DNA of 64,000 bases, from assembly GCA_045643205.1 (NCBI GenBank), contig JAZUKI010000003.1, positions 128,001-192,000 on the forward strand, in the 5' to 3' direction. A program made the position numbers and the translations under genes. Positions 9,055 to 20,199 of this stretch are shown here, piece after piece. The first letter of the stretch is position 1. Every line of letters starts with the position of its first letter. This DNA comes from Clostridia bacterium (GTDB lineage: Bacteria; Bacillota; Clostridia; TANB77; CAG-508). The notes below the pieces were generated by a model, which saw only the letters and a list, made by a program, of their open reading frames with translations, ran no database searches and was not told the DNA's origin.

Positions 9055-10038
9055 ATGAACATTATCAAAGTTACAAACTTATCAAAAACTTTCAAAGTTA
9101 AGATCAAAGAAAAAGGCTTAAAGGGAAGTTTAAAATCTATCTTCAAATCAAAACACAAGGAAGTACATGCAGTAAATAACATTTCTTTTGAGGTTGAAGA
9201 AGGCGAAATGGTTGCATTTATAGGACCTAATGGCGCTGGCAAATCAACAACAATAAAAATGTTAACAGGGATACTTTATCCTGATGCAGGTGAAATAAAT
9301 ATTCTTGGAATTGATCCAAAAAAAGATAGAAAAAAATTAGCCTATAAGATAGGCACTGTGTTTGGTCAAAAGGAACAACTTTGGACACACTTGACACCTT
9401 ATGATAACTTTCGTTTCTTTGGTGCAATTTATGACATTCCAAACGAAAAGATAGAAGAAAAAATAAATAAGCTTAAGGAACTTTTCGGGTTAGAAGAATT
9501 CATTAATACACCAGTTAGAAATTTATCGTTAGGTCAAAGAATTAGATGTGAAATTGTAGCATCATTAATTCACGAACCAAAAATTTTGTTTCTTGATGAA
9601 CCAACAATCGGCCTTGACCCAGTTGTAAAACAAAATATCAGATCGCTTATAAAGAAGATGAATAGAGAACTTAATACAACTGTATTCTTAACATCACATG
9701 ATGTAAGCGATATTGAAAAGTTGTGTAAGAGAGTAATAATCATCAATAACGGTGAGATTGTTTTGGATGATACGATGGAAAATTTAAAATATCATTATTT
9801 CAACAAAAAAATAATTGAAGCAAAACTTGCAACAGAAATAAATATCACAGAAATGGCAGGTGTTGAAATTGAAAAACAAAATGGTACGAACTACAAGTTT
9901 TCTGTAGATACAACAATCACAAGTGTAGCAGAAGTTTTAAAGAAGTTACAATTGGAAAATCTCGAAGATATTTCTATTTCAAGTATTCCACTTGAAACAA
10001 TTATTAGTGATATCTATAAGAGAGAAAATAAATCTTAA
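9055..10038 (+). CDS. ABC transporter ATP-binding protein
   Basis: GPNGAGKST, LSLGQ signature, FLDEPT. Confidence 0.95.
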   Translation: MNIIKVTNLSKTFKVKIKEKGLKGSLKSIFKSKHKEVHAVNNISFEVEEGEMVAFIGPNGAGKSTTIKMLTGILYPDAGEINILGIDPKKDRKKLAYKIGTVFGQKEQLWTHLTPYDNFRFFGAIYDIPNEKIEEKINKLKELFGLEEFINTPVRNLSLGQRIRCEIVASLIHEPKILFLDEPTIGLDPVVKQNIRSLIKKMNRELNTTVFLTSHDVSDIEKLCKRVIIINNGEIVLDDTMENLKYHYFNKKIIEAKLATEINITEMAGVEIEKQNGTNYKFSVDTTITSVAEVLKKLQLENLEDISISSIPLETIISDIYKRENKS

Positions 10039-10054
10039 AGAAAGGAAGAACAAA

Positions 10055-10843
10055 ATGAAAAAATACTTATATGCATTTAAATTTGAAGTAATGACAACAC
10101 TTCAATATGTATTTGATTTCATTGGAAAAATATTTTCACTATTCATTATGATATTTGTATTTATGAATTTGTGGAATTTTATGTATGATGATCCAAGTCA
10201 AGTAATAAATGGGTATACAAAGTTTCAGATGATATGGTATGTAAGTATTTCTGAATTAATGTACTTCATAACACAAGGTAAAAAAACGTGTGACACAATA
10301 GCAAGATATGTTAAGTCGGGAAACATTTCATACACAATAAATAAACCTTATGATTATGTAGTATATACATTGTTTACTTTATTAGGCCGTAGTTTTGTAT
10401 CAAGCATATTTTATACAACTTTTACAATACTAATAGGAAGTGCATTTACAGGCGCGTTACCAACATTAACAATTACTGAGCTATGTGCAATTGTTTTAAT
10501 TTTTGTACTAGCTGTTACAATATCATTGCTGATAGTTATAGCCATCGGACTATTTTCGTTTATATTTGAGGACTCATCACCAATGTATTGGATATACAGT
10601 AAGATTTGGTTAATTTGTGGAACATTATTTCCAATAGAATTTTTTCCAATATGGGCACAAAACATCTTAAGGTTCACACCAATATATGTAATAACAGGAC
10701 CATCAAGATTAGCTGCAAACTTTAATGGAGAAGAATTTATACAAACATTAATTGCACAAGTTATATATCTAGTTATTGCATTTGGCATTTGTGAATTAAT
10801 TTATAGAAAGGGGATGAAAAAGTTAAATGTTAACGGAGGTTAA
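10055..10843 (+). CDS. ABC-2 family permease (DUF990 type)
   Basis: About six TM helices; start placed at ATG 10055 after AAAGGA RBS. Confidence 0.85.
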   Translation: MKKYLYAFKFEVMTTLQYVFDFIGKIFSLFIMIFVFMNLWNFMYDDPSQVINGYTKFQMIWYVSISELMYFITQGKKTCDTIARYVKSGNISYTINKPYDYVVYTLFTLLGRSFVSSIFYTTFTILIGSAFTGALPTLTITELCAIVLIFVLAVTISLLIVIAIGLFSFIFEDSSPMYWIYSKIWLICGTLFPIEFFPIWAQNILRFTPIYVITGPSRLAANFNGEEFIQTLIAQVIYLVIAFGICELIYRKGMKKLNVNGG

Positions 10844-11621
10844 AAATCAAATAAAAGTAACATTATTAACAACTAAATACGCTATCATGAGAGAGATGTT
10901 GAACAAAGCAAATTTTATAAGTAATGTTTTCTTTATGATTTTAAATAACTCAACATTTCTTATTCAATGGTTTTTACTTTTATCTATAAAAGAAAGTATA
11001 GCCGGATATGATATACATAAAATACTATACTTATGGGGATTAGCTTCACTATCTTATGGTGTTGCACATTTCTTTTTCAAAGGTGCCTTTAATATTGGAG
11101 ACCTAATAAATGAAGGAAAACTAGATAGCTACATGGTACAACCAAAAAATATTTTAATATCAATTAGTACTGCAAGTTGTGAGCCATCAGCAATGGGAGA
11201 TTTAATATATGGTTTCATATTGTTTTTTATAAACACACCAACATTTACAAATTTCTTGTTGTATGTATTATTTGGAATTACAGGTGGATTGATTATTACA
11301 AGTGTAACAATTATTTTGAATAGCTTAAGTTTTTGGTTTTCAAAATCAGATTCAATTGCAGATGCAGGAATTAGTTTAATGACAACATTTGCAACATATC
11401 CAGGAACAATATTTAAAGGTGCAACAAAAATTATACTTTACACAATAATTCCATTAGGAGCAACAGCTTATATACCAATTGAAACCTTAACAAATTTTGA
11501 TTTAAAATACTTATTGATAATTTTAGGAATTACAATATTTTTCTTATTCTTTGCATTCTTTATTTTCTACAGAGGAATAAAGAAATATGCATCAAGTAAC
11601 TTGATGAGTGCGAGAATATAA
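10827..11621 (+). CDS. ABC-2 family permease (DUF990 type)
   Basis: GxLDxxxxQP and FATYP motifs, multiple TM helices. Confidence 0.85.
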   Translation: MLTEVKNQIKVTLLTTKYAIMREMLNKANFISNVFFMILNNSTFLIQWFLLLSIKESIAGYDIHKILYLWGLASLSYGVAHFFFKGAFNIGDLINEGKLDSYMVQPKNILISISTASCEPSAMGDLIYGFILFFINTPTFTNFLLYVLFGITGGLIITSVTIILNSLSFWFSKSDSIADAGISLMTTFATYPGTIFKGATKIILYTIIPLGATAYIPIETLTNFDLKYLLIILGITIFFLFFAFFIFYRGIKKYASSNLMSARI

Positions 11622-11630
11622 TCTTAACCA

Positions 11631-11682
11631 AAAGAGCCAATGAAGTGAATTCTAAATAGAGTTCACCTCAGTAGGCTCTTTT
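11631..11682 (+). terminator. intrinsic terminator
   Basis: AAAGAGCC...GGCTCTTT long hairpin. Confidence 0.7.
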
Positions 11683-11861
11683 ATTTATCTCGAAAATGGA
11701 GAAATAACTACGAAATCAAGCGTTTCACAGTTGAATATTAAGAAAATATTTCAAAAACTCTCTTTATTAATATAACTTTTATATTAAAAACTCTGTTTTA
11801 AAGCCCTATTATTATAATGAACAAAATGGATTTTAAAAATATTTTTTTAGGAGAATTACGT

Positions 11862-14800
11862 ATGAAAAAAGTTTTAAAGAAAATTTTAATAATACCATTT
11901 ATTATAGCATTAATATTGCTTTTACTAGAAGGTGAACTAGTAAAGAAATATGCTATTGAAGACTGGGAAGTTGATTTATCATTTCCAACAGAAGAAATAA
12001 TGTCTCAATGGCAATCAATTTCATGCTATACAGCAGATGGTATACAACAATATCCAGGACAATGGGGCTATTTAACTAGTGGTGGAAATAGCTATCTTAG
12101 AAATGCAGAAAATACAGATAACTTAACAGGCTTTTATAATCCATATACGAACTATGAAGATATTGATGTAAAAATTAATATGGGAGTTATAAATGGAGAA
12201 AGTGCCGGCGATGATGACTATATGGGAATAATGATAAGAGTTTCTGAAAATCAAACTAATCATACATCTTCAGCCTATTTATTTTTAATACCAGGAGATC
12301 CATATTCACCAACAGGATGGAGACATACAGATAATAAATTCTATACTCTTTTAAATCCAGTTGTAGGAGATGAAGATAAAGGAATGGGCAAAGATGACTA
12401 TGGAAAATATATTCAATCAATTGCAGGTTCAGGTGCAGGATTATATAAAATAACTAATTCTCAATTCGCAATGGCCAATGTTCAATTATTACAATTAGCA
12501 TCTGAAAAAAACATGTACTGGGAACTTGGTGTTGACCAAGATGTTGAAATAAAAGCTACAGGAAACAAGATTGAAGTTTGGGTAACTAAGGCAGGTGGAT
12601 CAAGAGTAAAAGAAATAGAATATACTGATGCAAATCCAATAAAATCAGGTTCATATGGATTCTTTGCATGTAGCCAACCAGGAGATAGTTATAACAATAT
12701 TAGAGGAACAGCAACACTAGCAAAATATACAGTATCATTCAATGGAAATGGTGGAACAACAATAGGTAATTCTTCTATAACAGCTATTTCTACAAAAACA
12801 TATAGTGGTGTACCAACATCAGCAACACGTACAGGCTATACATTTGATGGATGGTATACAGAACCAACAGGAGGAACAAAAACAGATATTGCAAATGGTG
12901 CAACAGTTAATATTAATAGAGACACAACAGTATATGCACACTGGGCACCAAGAAATGATACAAGATATAAAGTACAACATTGGAAACAAAATTCATACGA
13001 TAATACAAATCAAGCAATAACAAATGAATATAATACACATTATGATTCAACACATTACACATTAGCAGGAACAGATACTTTAACAGGAACAACAGATTCA
13101 AAAGTTACACCAAATGTAAATACTTATGAAGGATTCACAAGTCCAGCAAAACAAGAATTAGTTATTAATGCAGATGGAAGTAGTGTTTTAAATTATTATT
13201 ATAAGAGAAATGAATATAATGTTTCTTTAACAGCAGGAAACGGAATACAAACAGTTACTGGAGCAAGAAAATATTTATATGGTGCAACAGTAAAAATTTC
13301 AGCAACACCAAAAGCAGGATATGCTTGGGATAGATGGACAGGCGATACAATAAATGGAACTGAAAACACATACACATTTGTAATGCCAGCACATGGTGTA
13401 TCAGAAACTGCATTTGGAAAAACAGTAGGATACGGAATAACATATTTACCAAACGATGCTGATCCAACAACAGCAAAAGCAGTAATGCCTGAAAATCCAA
13501 CAACATATGATATAGAAACTGAAACTATCACATTAAACAATCCAACAAGAACAGGTTACGAATTTATTGGATGGACAAGTGATAATAGTACAGTACCAAT
13601 GATAATAATGACACTAAACAAAGGATCAATTGGAAATAAAACTTTTACAGCTAACTGGAGAGCAAGAAACGACACACATTATAAAGTACAACATTGGAAA
13701 CAAAGAATATATGAAAATCAAGATGAGGAAGTGAGAGAATATTACAATACTCATTACAATGAAGAATGTTATGAAATTGCAGAAATAGATGATTTAGAAG
13801 GAACAAGTGATACAAAGGTTATTCCAAATATTAAAAATTATTTAGGATTCACAAGTCCAGAAGAACAAGAATTATTAATTGATGCAAACGGAACTTCAGT
13901 TTTAAATTATTACTACAAGAGAAATGAATACAATGTAGAATTAATTGCAGGCAATGGAATTAAAGAAACAATCGGCGGAAGAAATTATTTATTCGAAGAT
14001 AGAGTAGAAATTTCAGCAGAAACAAAACCAGGATACGAATGGGAAAAATGGACTGGAGATAAAATAACAGGAAGAAATTTAACTTATGTATTTATAATGC
14101 CAGCAAATGATATTAGAGAAACAGCATCAGCAGTAGCAAAAGAATATCAAATAACATATATAGCAAATGATGATGATCCAACAACATCAAAAGTAGTAAT
14201 GGCAAACAATCCAGCAACATACAATCCAGAAACAGAAGATTTTAAAATAGTAAATCCAATAAGAACTGGATATGAATTTGTAGGATGGGTTGTAGAAAAT
14301 GAAGAAATACCTTCTGAAACAGAAGAACCAACACAAGAAGTAACAATAACAAAAGGAACATATGGAAACTTAAAGTTAACAGCTAATTGGGAAGCAAAAA
14401 CAAATAATCAATACACAGTACAACATTGGCAACAAAGAATTTATAAAAATGATGATGAAGCTAAAGAGAGAGCAAATGCATCAATTATAGATGAAGACAA
14501 TTACAAATTAGTTGATACAGAAAACTTTAACGGAACAACAGGAACAATAGTAAAACCAGAAACAAAAGAATACGAAGGCTTTACAGCACCAGCAAAACAA
14601 GAATTATTAATTAAAGCTGATGGAACAGCAATAATAAATTATTATTACACAAGAAACTATTATAAATTAACTGTTGAAAAAGATGAAAACACATCTAATG
14701 TAGAAGGTGCAGGAATTTATTTATATGGTGAAAAAGTAAAAATAAATTGTATATCAAATTATGGTTATTCGTTTAAAGAATGGCAAGGAGATGCAGAAGA

Positions 14801-15191
14801 TAAAAAGCAAGAAGATTATATTGAAATGCTTGCAAGTGATAAACAAATAAAAGCTATATCACAAAAGAACATACATAAAGTTACAGTTGATTTAGGTGAT
14901 GTAGAAAAATATAAAATGGTTGAATACGATGATGTTATTGACTTAGAAATACCATATAGAGATGGATATGAATTCTTATACTTCAAAACAAAAGATGGCG
15001 AAAAAATATATGATAACAAATTACGTATTGATGATAAAGATTATTATATAGAAGCAGTTTATGCAGAGATACCAACAATCTCATTACCACAAACAGGTGA
15101 AGATAATGATGCACTTATAATTGCGCTATATGCAATTTTAACAGTAATGTCATTAGGAACTGCAATATTTTTTATACACAAAAGAAAATAA
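11862..15191 (+). CDS. LPXTG cell-wall-anchored adhesin with lectin-like head and InlB B-type repeats
   Basis: Signal peptide from ATG 11862 (GGAG RBS); RTGYxFxGW repeats; LPQTG + TM + KRK tail. Confidence 0.85.
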   Translation: MKKVLKKILIIPFIIALILLLLEGELVKKYAIEDWEVDLSFPTEEIMSQWQSISCYTADGIQQYPGQWGYLTSGGNSYLRNAENTDNLTGFYNPYTNYEDIDVKINMGVINGESAGDDDYMGIMIRVSENQTNHTSSAYLFLIPGDPYSPTGWRHTDNKFYTLLNPVVGDEDKGMGKDDYGKYIQSIAGSGAGLYKITNSQFAMANVQLLQLASEKNMYWELGVDQDVEIKATGNKIEVWVTKAGGSRVKEIEYTDANPIKSGSYGFFACSQPGDSYNNIRGTATLAKYTVSFNGNGGTTIGNSSITAISTKTYSGVPTSATRTGYTFDGWYTEPTGGTKTDIANGATVNINRDTTVYAHWAPRNDTRYKVQHWKQNSYDNTNQAITNEYNTHYDSTHYTLAGTDTLTGTTDSKVTPNVNTYEGFTSPAKQELVINADGSSVLNYYYKRNEYNVSLTAGNGIQTVTGARKYLYGATVKISATPKAGYAWDRWTGDTINGTENTYTFVMPAHGVSETAFGKTVGYGITYLPNDADPTTAKAVMPENPTTYDIETETITLNNPTRTGYEFIGWTSDNSTVPMIIMTLNKGSIGNKTFTANWRARNDTHYKVQHWKQRIYENQDEEVREYYNTHYNEECYEIAEIDDLEGTSDTKVIPNIKNYLGFTSPEEQELLIDANGTSVLNYYYKRNEYNVELIAGNGIKETIGGRNYLFEDRVEISAETKPGYEWEKWTGDKITGRNLTYVFIMPANDIRETASAVAKEYQITYIANDDDPTTSKVVMANNPATYNPETEDFKIVNPIRTGYEFVGWVVENEEIPSETEEPTQEVTITKGTYGNLKLTANWEAKTNNQYTVQHWQQRIYKNDDEAKERANASIIDEDNYKLVDTENFNGTTGTIVKPETKEYEGFTAPAKQELLIKADGTAIINYYYTRNYYKLTVEKDENTSNVEGAGIYLYGEKVKINCISNYGYSFKEWQGDAEDKKQEDYIEMLASDKQIKAISQKNIHKVTVDLGDVEKYKMVEYDDVIDLEIPYRDGYEFLYFKTKDGEKIYDNKLRIDDKDYYIEAVYAEIPTISLPQTGEDNDALIIALYAILTVMSLGTAIFFIHKRK

Positions 15192-15279
15192 AAAATTAAA
15201 CAAAGATAAAAACTAAAACAATAAAATAACAACACAAGATAAACGAAAGAAAAACATCTAAAAAAGATGGGAGAACAAT

Positions 15280-18200
15280 ATGAAGAAATTAAAATTAATA
15301 ATTGAAAAAATCCTCATATTTGTATTAATGATTTTACCATTAACAATAAGCTTCATTAATCCATTAAAAACAATTGCTGCGGAAGCAATGCCAATTGATT
15401 TAGGAACATACAATGAGGCTACTGTTAATGCGCCAATTCACACGCATATTTGGACAACAAAGTTTGATGATAACTATCACTGGGAAGAATGTTCAATATG
15501 TAAAAACACAAGAAATAAAACAACCCACGTTTTATCAGGAAATGGTGGAAGTAAAACATTATGTGAAAATGGCTACTTTAATGAAGCATATAGAGAAACA
15601 TGTAATTGCGGTTTCCAATCAAAACCTCAAGTAGTAGTACATGGTAGATATGAAAACTATGTTGATTGTCAAACTTTAAACTATGGAACAATGAACAATC
15701 AAACATTTAATAATTTAAAACATGTTTCAAATGCAGAATTTCAAGATCTTCTTAATGGTACAAACAACAGCGGTAAAAACCCATCATTGCAAAAATTACC
15801 AGCAACACCAGGAGGACAACCATACACATGGAATGCCATTGACAATGATGGATTAGGATTAATCTTTATGGGCGGACCAATCATGAGCGATACAAGAGGA
15901 GTAAAAGGAACATTAGAATTAATCATAGGTTCAGAAGGTGATTGTGGAAAGAAAGTAGCATTTGATGAATACTTCATTCTAACAAGATATATTTACTCAA
16001 CAGAAAATCCAACAAGATTAGGTTTTGTAAGTTACATGGAAAATAATACACCACATAGTGACTTAATTAATAATTCAGATCACATGCTTTATGGTTATCC
16101 AGCAAAATATAGAAATCGTGTAAACGATACTCAATGGAATAAAATAGTAGCAGAATTTAAAGGATATTATACACATACATCAAGTTGGGGTTGGCAATCA
16201 ATGAACATCCAACATGCTGGTCACGCAAACTCAGGAAGTTATATTTATGCAACAAGTGCATGTTATGATTCAAGCAATCATCATTCAATTAATTTAAATG
16301 ATGATGTTCCAATTAATTGTGATATATGTGATTGTCACTACAATGGAAATGAAGGATATTCATCAGATACATGGTATAGATGTAGTGCACATGAAAGATT
16401 AAATGATGGAGAATCAGTAACATGTGGAGGACACATTGTTACAGGAAAAGATGGAGTGAAATTAGGAACTGTATATTGTAATTTCAAAAGAACAGGAGAC
16501 ACAACAGTAAGAACAAATGTCACAGTTGTTCCGGAAAAAGGATTTACAGTAGTAGAAAACACAACAGTACCAAACACAGTAGTCCCAAAACTTGATTCAA
16601 CAAATCCATCATCAACATGGACATATTATGGAATAGTAAGACTTTCAAATCAAAAATCAGGAAGCCAATTAATATCAAGAGGAATAAACTGTGGAATCAA
16701 CTATGGATTCAACGACACAATAGCTCCAACAGCATATGGATATTCAAACAACACAACAAACAATAGCTACTGGAAGGTAGAAGGTGCAGGAACACAAAGT
16801 AATCCAAAAACACAATCAAAAATAACAGTAACATTCAAAGATCCACAACAATATTCAAGAAACGTAGTAAAAGTAAAAGTTTATGATTCAGATCAAAAAA
16901 CAGTTTTACCACAAGGAAACAATGTAACAGAAACACCATTAACAAAAGTTTCAGGAACATCTGGAGATAACACTTTATGGCAAGGCACAATAAATATAAT
17001 GACAGAAGTAAATGGAACAAAAAACATTTATGTTCAAGCAATAGATGCATGTAACAGAACATCAGCATTAATTCCAATGCAAATAAGTTACATTGATGCA
17101 CAAGGCCCAACATTAACAATAACAGCAGATAAAAACAATAATACATGGGCAACATCAAAAATATTAACACTAACAGGTTCAGATGATTACAAATATTATT
17201 CAATGGGAACAAGTGCAACAGATATGATTCAAGTAGGCAACACTACATACAACAACCAAAGAAAATATGAAGTAACAGGAGATACATATTCTCAACCAAG
17301 AACAATAAGATTCTACGCACAAGATACAGCAGGAAACTTATCATACAAAGATTATTCAATTAGTCATATTGATAACACAAAACCAACAATAGATTTAGCA
17401 AGAGTAACAATAGGTCATGGTAGTTCAACAATGCAAATTGTTGCAAACGATAAAAACAGAATACTAAATGAAGAGGGAAGTGGTGTTACTCAATATGCTG
17501 CAAGCAAAGACTTAGCAACATTAGAAAGTAAATTCCAAACAAGTAATCAATTTACACTAGACGAAACCGGTAGATATTATTTTGCTGTAAAAGATGCAGT
17601 AGGAAATATATCTGTTGTAGAATCAACAATAATAAATATAATGTACGACTTAACAATTAATCCAAACGGAGGAGTATACAACAATTCTAATAACAGCACT
17701 ATAAAAGCAATTCAAGATGGAACAACAGAAAGCATAGCAATACCAACACGTGTAGGCTATAATTTTGCTGGCTGGACACTAACAGGAACAAATAGTACAT
17801 TAACATATACAGACAATAGTTTAACAAAACCTGCAACATTCAAAATGGGAACAGAAGATGCAACATTAACTGCAAACTGGACACCAAGAAATGATACAGA
17901 CTATGTAGTTAGACACTGGAAACAAAATTTATATGACAATACAAATGAAGAAACAAAAGAATATTACAACACTCAATACGATGATATAATCTATGAACTA
18001 ACAGATGCAGAAGAATTACAAGGAACATCAGATACAAAAGTAACACCAGCAGTTAAAATATATGAAGGATTTACAAGTCCTGAAAGACAAGAAATAACAA
18101 TCAATGCAGACGGAAGCGGATTTCTAGATTACTATTATAAGAGAAATGAATATAATGTAAAATTAAATGGTGACAACGGAATTGACGAATTAATAGGTGA

Positions 18201-19443
18201 AAGAAAATATTTGTATGCCGACACAGTTAGAATCGGAGCAAATGTTAAACCAGGATATACATGGAAAGAATGGGATGGAGATGTAGTTTCAGGAGAAGAA
18301 CAATATTACACATTCACAATGCCATCAAACAATGTAGAAGAAACAGCATCAACATCAATTGTAGAATATACAATTTCATATAATTCAAACGATGCAGATC
18401 CAACAACAGCAAAAGCTGTAATGCCAGAAAATCCAGAAACATATAATATAGAAACAGAAGAATTTATATTAAGAAATCCAACAAGAGATGGATATGAATT
18501 TGTAGGTTGGACTATAGTAAATGACGAAATTATTGTTGATTTAGAAGAAGGCGAAATAGTAGAACCAAAAGTAGATGTTACAATTGTTCCTGGAACACAT
18601 GGAAACTTAACATTCACAGCAAATTGGAATAAAAACGAAGATACAAAATATACAGTAAAACATTGGCAACAAAGAATTTACAAAGATGATGATGAAACAA
18701 AAGAAAAATCAAATGCATCTATATATAATGAAGAAAATTACAAATTAGTAGATACAGAAGAATTTGCAGGAGTAACAGATGATACTATTGTTCCTGAAAC
18801 AAAAGAATACGAAGGATTTACAGCTCCAATTAAACAAGAATTAGTAATCAAAGGTGATGGAACATCTGAATTAAATTATTACTATACAAGAAACTATTAC
18901 AAATTAAAAATTGAAAAAGATGAAAACATTGCTAATACAGAAGGCGAAGGAACTTATTTGTATGGAGAAAAAGTAAAGGTAAATTGTACATCAAGTTATG
19001 GATATTCATTTAAAGAATGGCAAGGCGATAAAGAAAATATGCACCAAGAAGATTACGTAACTATGCCAGCAAACGATAAAGAAATAAAAGCTATATCAAT
19101 GAAAAATAAGCATCAAGTTAAGATTAATTTAGATGAAGAAGATATAATATTAGATGTAGAATATGATGATACTATAGTAATAGACAAACCAGAAAAGAAT
19201 GGATATGAATTCTTGTATTTTGAAACAGAAGATGGCAAGAAAGTTTATGAGAACAAACTATACATAGATGATAAAGACTATGTAATAAAACCAGTTTGGG
19301 GTAAAATACCAGAAATGAATTTACCACAAACAGGTGAAAACGATACTGCTTTATTAGCAATTTACACAATAATAACAATTGCATCATTTGCTTTGGCAAT
19401 AGAGTTAGCAAGAAAAAACAGTACGTCTAAAATTGACAAATAA
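15280..19443 (+). CDS. LPXTG cell-wall-anchored surface protein with Cys/His-rich head and InlB B-type repeats
   Basis: Signal peptide; Ig-like DxxxP modules; same repeat stalk as the upstream gene; LPQTG + TM + basic tail. Confidence 0.85.
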   Translation: MKKLKLIIEKILIFVLMILPLTISFINPLKTIAAEAMPIDLGTYNEATVNAPIHTHIWTTKFDDNYHWEECSICKNTRNKTTHVLSGNGGSKTLCENGYFNEAYRETCNCGFQSKPQVVVHGRYENYVDCQTLNYGTMNNQTFNNLKHVSNAEFQDLLNGTNNSGKNPSLQKLPATPGGQPYTWNAIDNDGLGLIFMGGPIMSDTRGVKGTLELIIGSEGDCGKKVAFDEYFILTRYIYSTENPTRLGFVSYMENNTPHSDLINNSDHMLYGYPAKYRNRVNDTQWNKIVAEFKGYYTHTSSWGWQSMNIQHAGHANSGSYIYATSACYDSSNHHSINLNDDVPINCDICDCHYNGNEGYSSDTWYRCSAHERLNDGESVTCGGHIVTGKDGVKLGTVYCNFKRTGDTTVRTNVTVVPEKGFTVVENTTVPNTVVPKLDSTNPSSTWTYYGIVRLSNQKSGSQLISRGINCGINYGFNDTIAPTAYGYSNNTTNNSYWKVEGAGTQSNPKTQSKITVTFKDPQQYSRNVVKVKVYDSDQKTVLPQGNNVTETPLTKVSGTSGDNTLWQGTINIMTEVNGTKNIYVQAIDACNRTSALIPMQISYIDAQGPTLTITADKNNNTWATSKILTLTGSDDYKYYSMGTSATDMIQVGNTTYNNQRKYEVTGDTYSQPRTIRFYAQDTAGNLSYKDYSISHIDNTKPTIDLARVTIGHGSSTMQIVANDKNRILNEEGSGVTQYAASKDLATLESKFQTSNQFTLDETGRYYFAVKDAVGNISVVESTIINIMYDLTINPNGGVYNNSNNSTIKAIQDGTTESIAIPTRVGYNFAGWTLTGTNSTLTYTDNSLTKPATFKMGTEDATLTANWTPRNDTDYVVRHWKQNLYDNTNEETKEYYNTQYDDIIYELTDAEELQGTSDTKVTPAVKIYEGFTSPERQEITINADGSGFLDYYYKRNEYNVKLNGDNGIDELIGERKYLYADTVRIGANVKPGYTWKEWDGDVVSGEEQYYTFTMPSNNVEETASTSIVEYTISYNSNDADPTTAKAVMPENPETYNIETEEFILRNPTRDGYEFVGWTIVNDEIIVDLEEGEIVEPKVDVTIVPGTHGNLTFTANWNKNEDTKYTVKHWQQRIYKDDDETKEKSNASIYNEENYKLVDTEEFAGVTDDTIVPETKEYEGFTAPIKQELVIKGDGTSELNYYYTRNYYKLKIEKDENIANTEGEGTYLYGEKVKVNCTSSYGYSFKEWQGDKENMHQEDYVTMPANDKEIKAISMKNKHQVKINLDEEDIILDVEYDDTIVIDKPEKNGYEFLYFETEDGKKVYENKLYIDDKDYVIKPVWGKIPEMNLPQTGENDTALLAIYTIITIASFALAIELARKNSTSKIDK

Positions 19444-19519
19444 TGGTAGAAATGATATAATTTGAACATACATTAATTGAACCCCTCGATTAATGTTTTA
19501 ACATACATGCAACTTTAAA

Positions 19520-20041
19520 ATGGCACAGAAAGAAAGAGGACACAGGGATATGACAACAAGAAGAGCAAGACGGAAAAAGGCAATCAAATTATTAGTAATA
19601 CGGTTTTTAACTATCACTTTGATAGCGGGGTTAACCGCAATTGGAATTTATCAATTTGATAAATTTCAGTGTACGAGGGTAATAAAACCTTTGTATCAAT
19701 TATTTTGCATAAACGATAGTATTAAGTATTATAAACAACAGGAAAGCCTATACCAAGGTTTTAAAGACAATACGGAATACTCAAACAAGATTAGAGAACT
19801 CACGCAAGAGCGGCGAGATAATTTTTACCACAGCGAGGATAGAGTAGTTGCGTTTATAACGCAAAAAAATTCATTAATAAAATTTATTATACTCATTCTT
19901 GCAGTGGTAGCAATAATATTTATCACAATTTTTCCGATAATTATATTGCTAGCCTTGTATGATATGATTCTACAAAAATTCAAAAGAGCATGGCAAAGAA
20001 CCAATACTATTGAGTATAAAGGTTCCATAATTAAACAATAA
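19520..20041 (+). CDS. hypothetical membrane protein
   Basis: Two TM helices; TTGACA...TGATATAAT promoter upstream; start may be 19550. Confidence 0.7.
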   Translation: MAQKERGHRDMTTRRARRKKAIKLLVIRFLTITLIAGLTAIGIYQFDKFQCTRVIKPLYQLFCINDSIKYYKQQESLYQGFKDNTEYSNKIRELTQERRDNFYHSEDRVVAFITQKNSLIKFIILILAVVAIIFITIFPIIILLALYDMILQKFKRAWQRTNTIEYKGSIIKQ

Positions 20042-20055
20042 AAATAAGAGGGGGG

Positions 20056-20086
20056 TCGCAGCCTAGTAATAGGGCTGCGATTTTTT
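20056..20086 (+). terminator. intrinsic terminator
   Basis: TCGCAGCC/GGCTGCGA stem with T tract. Confidence 0.75.
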
Positions 20087-20199
20087 ATTGAAATTTTAGT
20101 ATTAAAGGGTATAATATAAATATAAAAATTTACAAATGTAATCAGCATAAATGTTTGAGAATAGTGTAAATTTTTAATAAAATAAATAGAGGTGGAAAA

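Noticed and set aside
12900-19300. Repeated DNA in the adhesins as a diversity-generating retroelement template/variable pair
   Set aside because: No reverse transcriptase in the window; differences are not adenine-specific and follow protein module duplication
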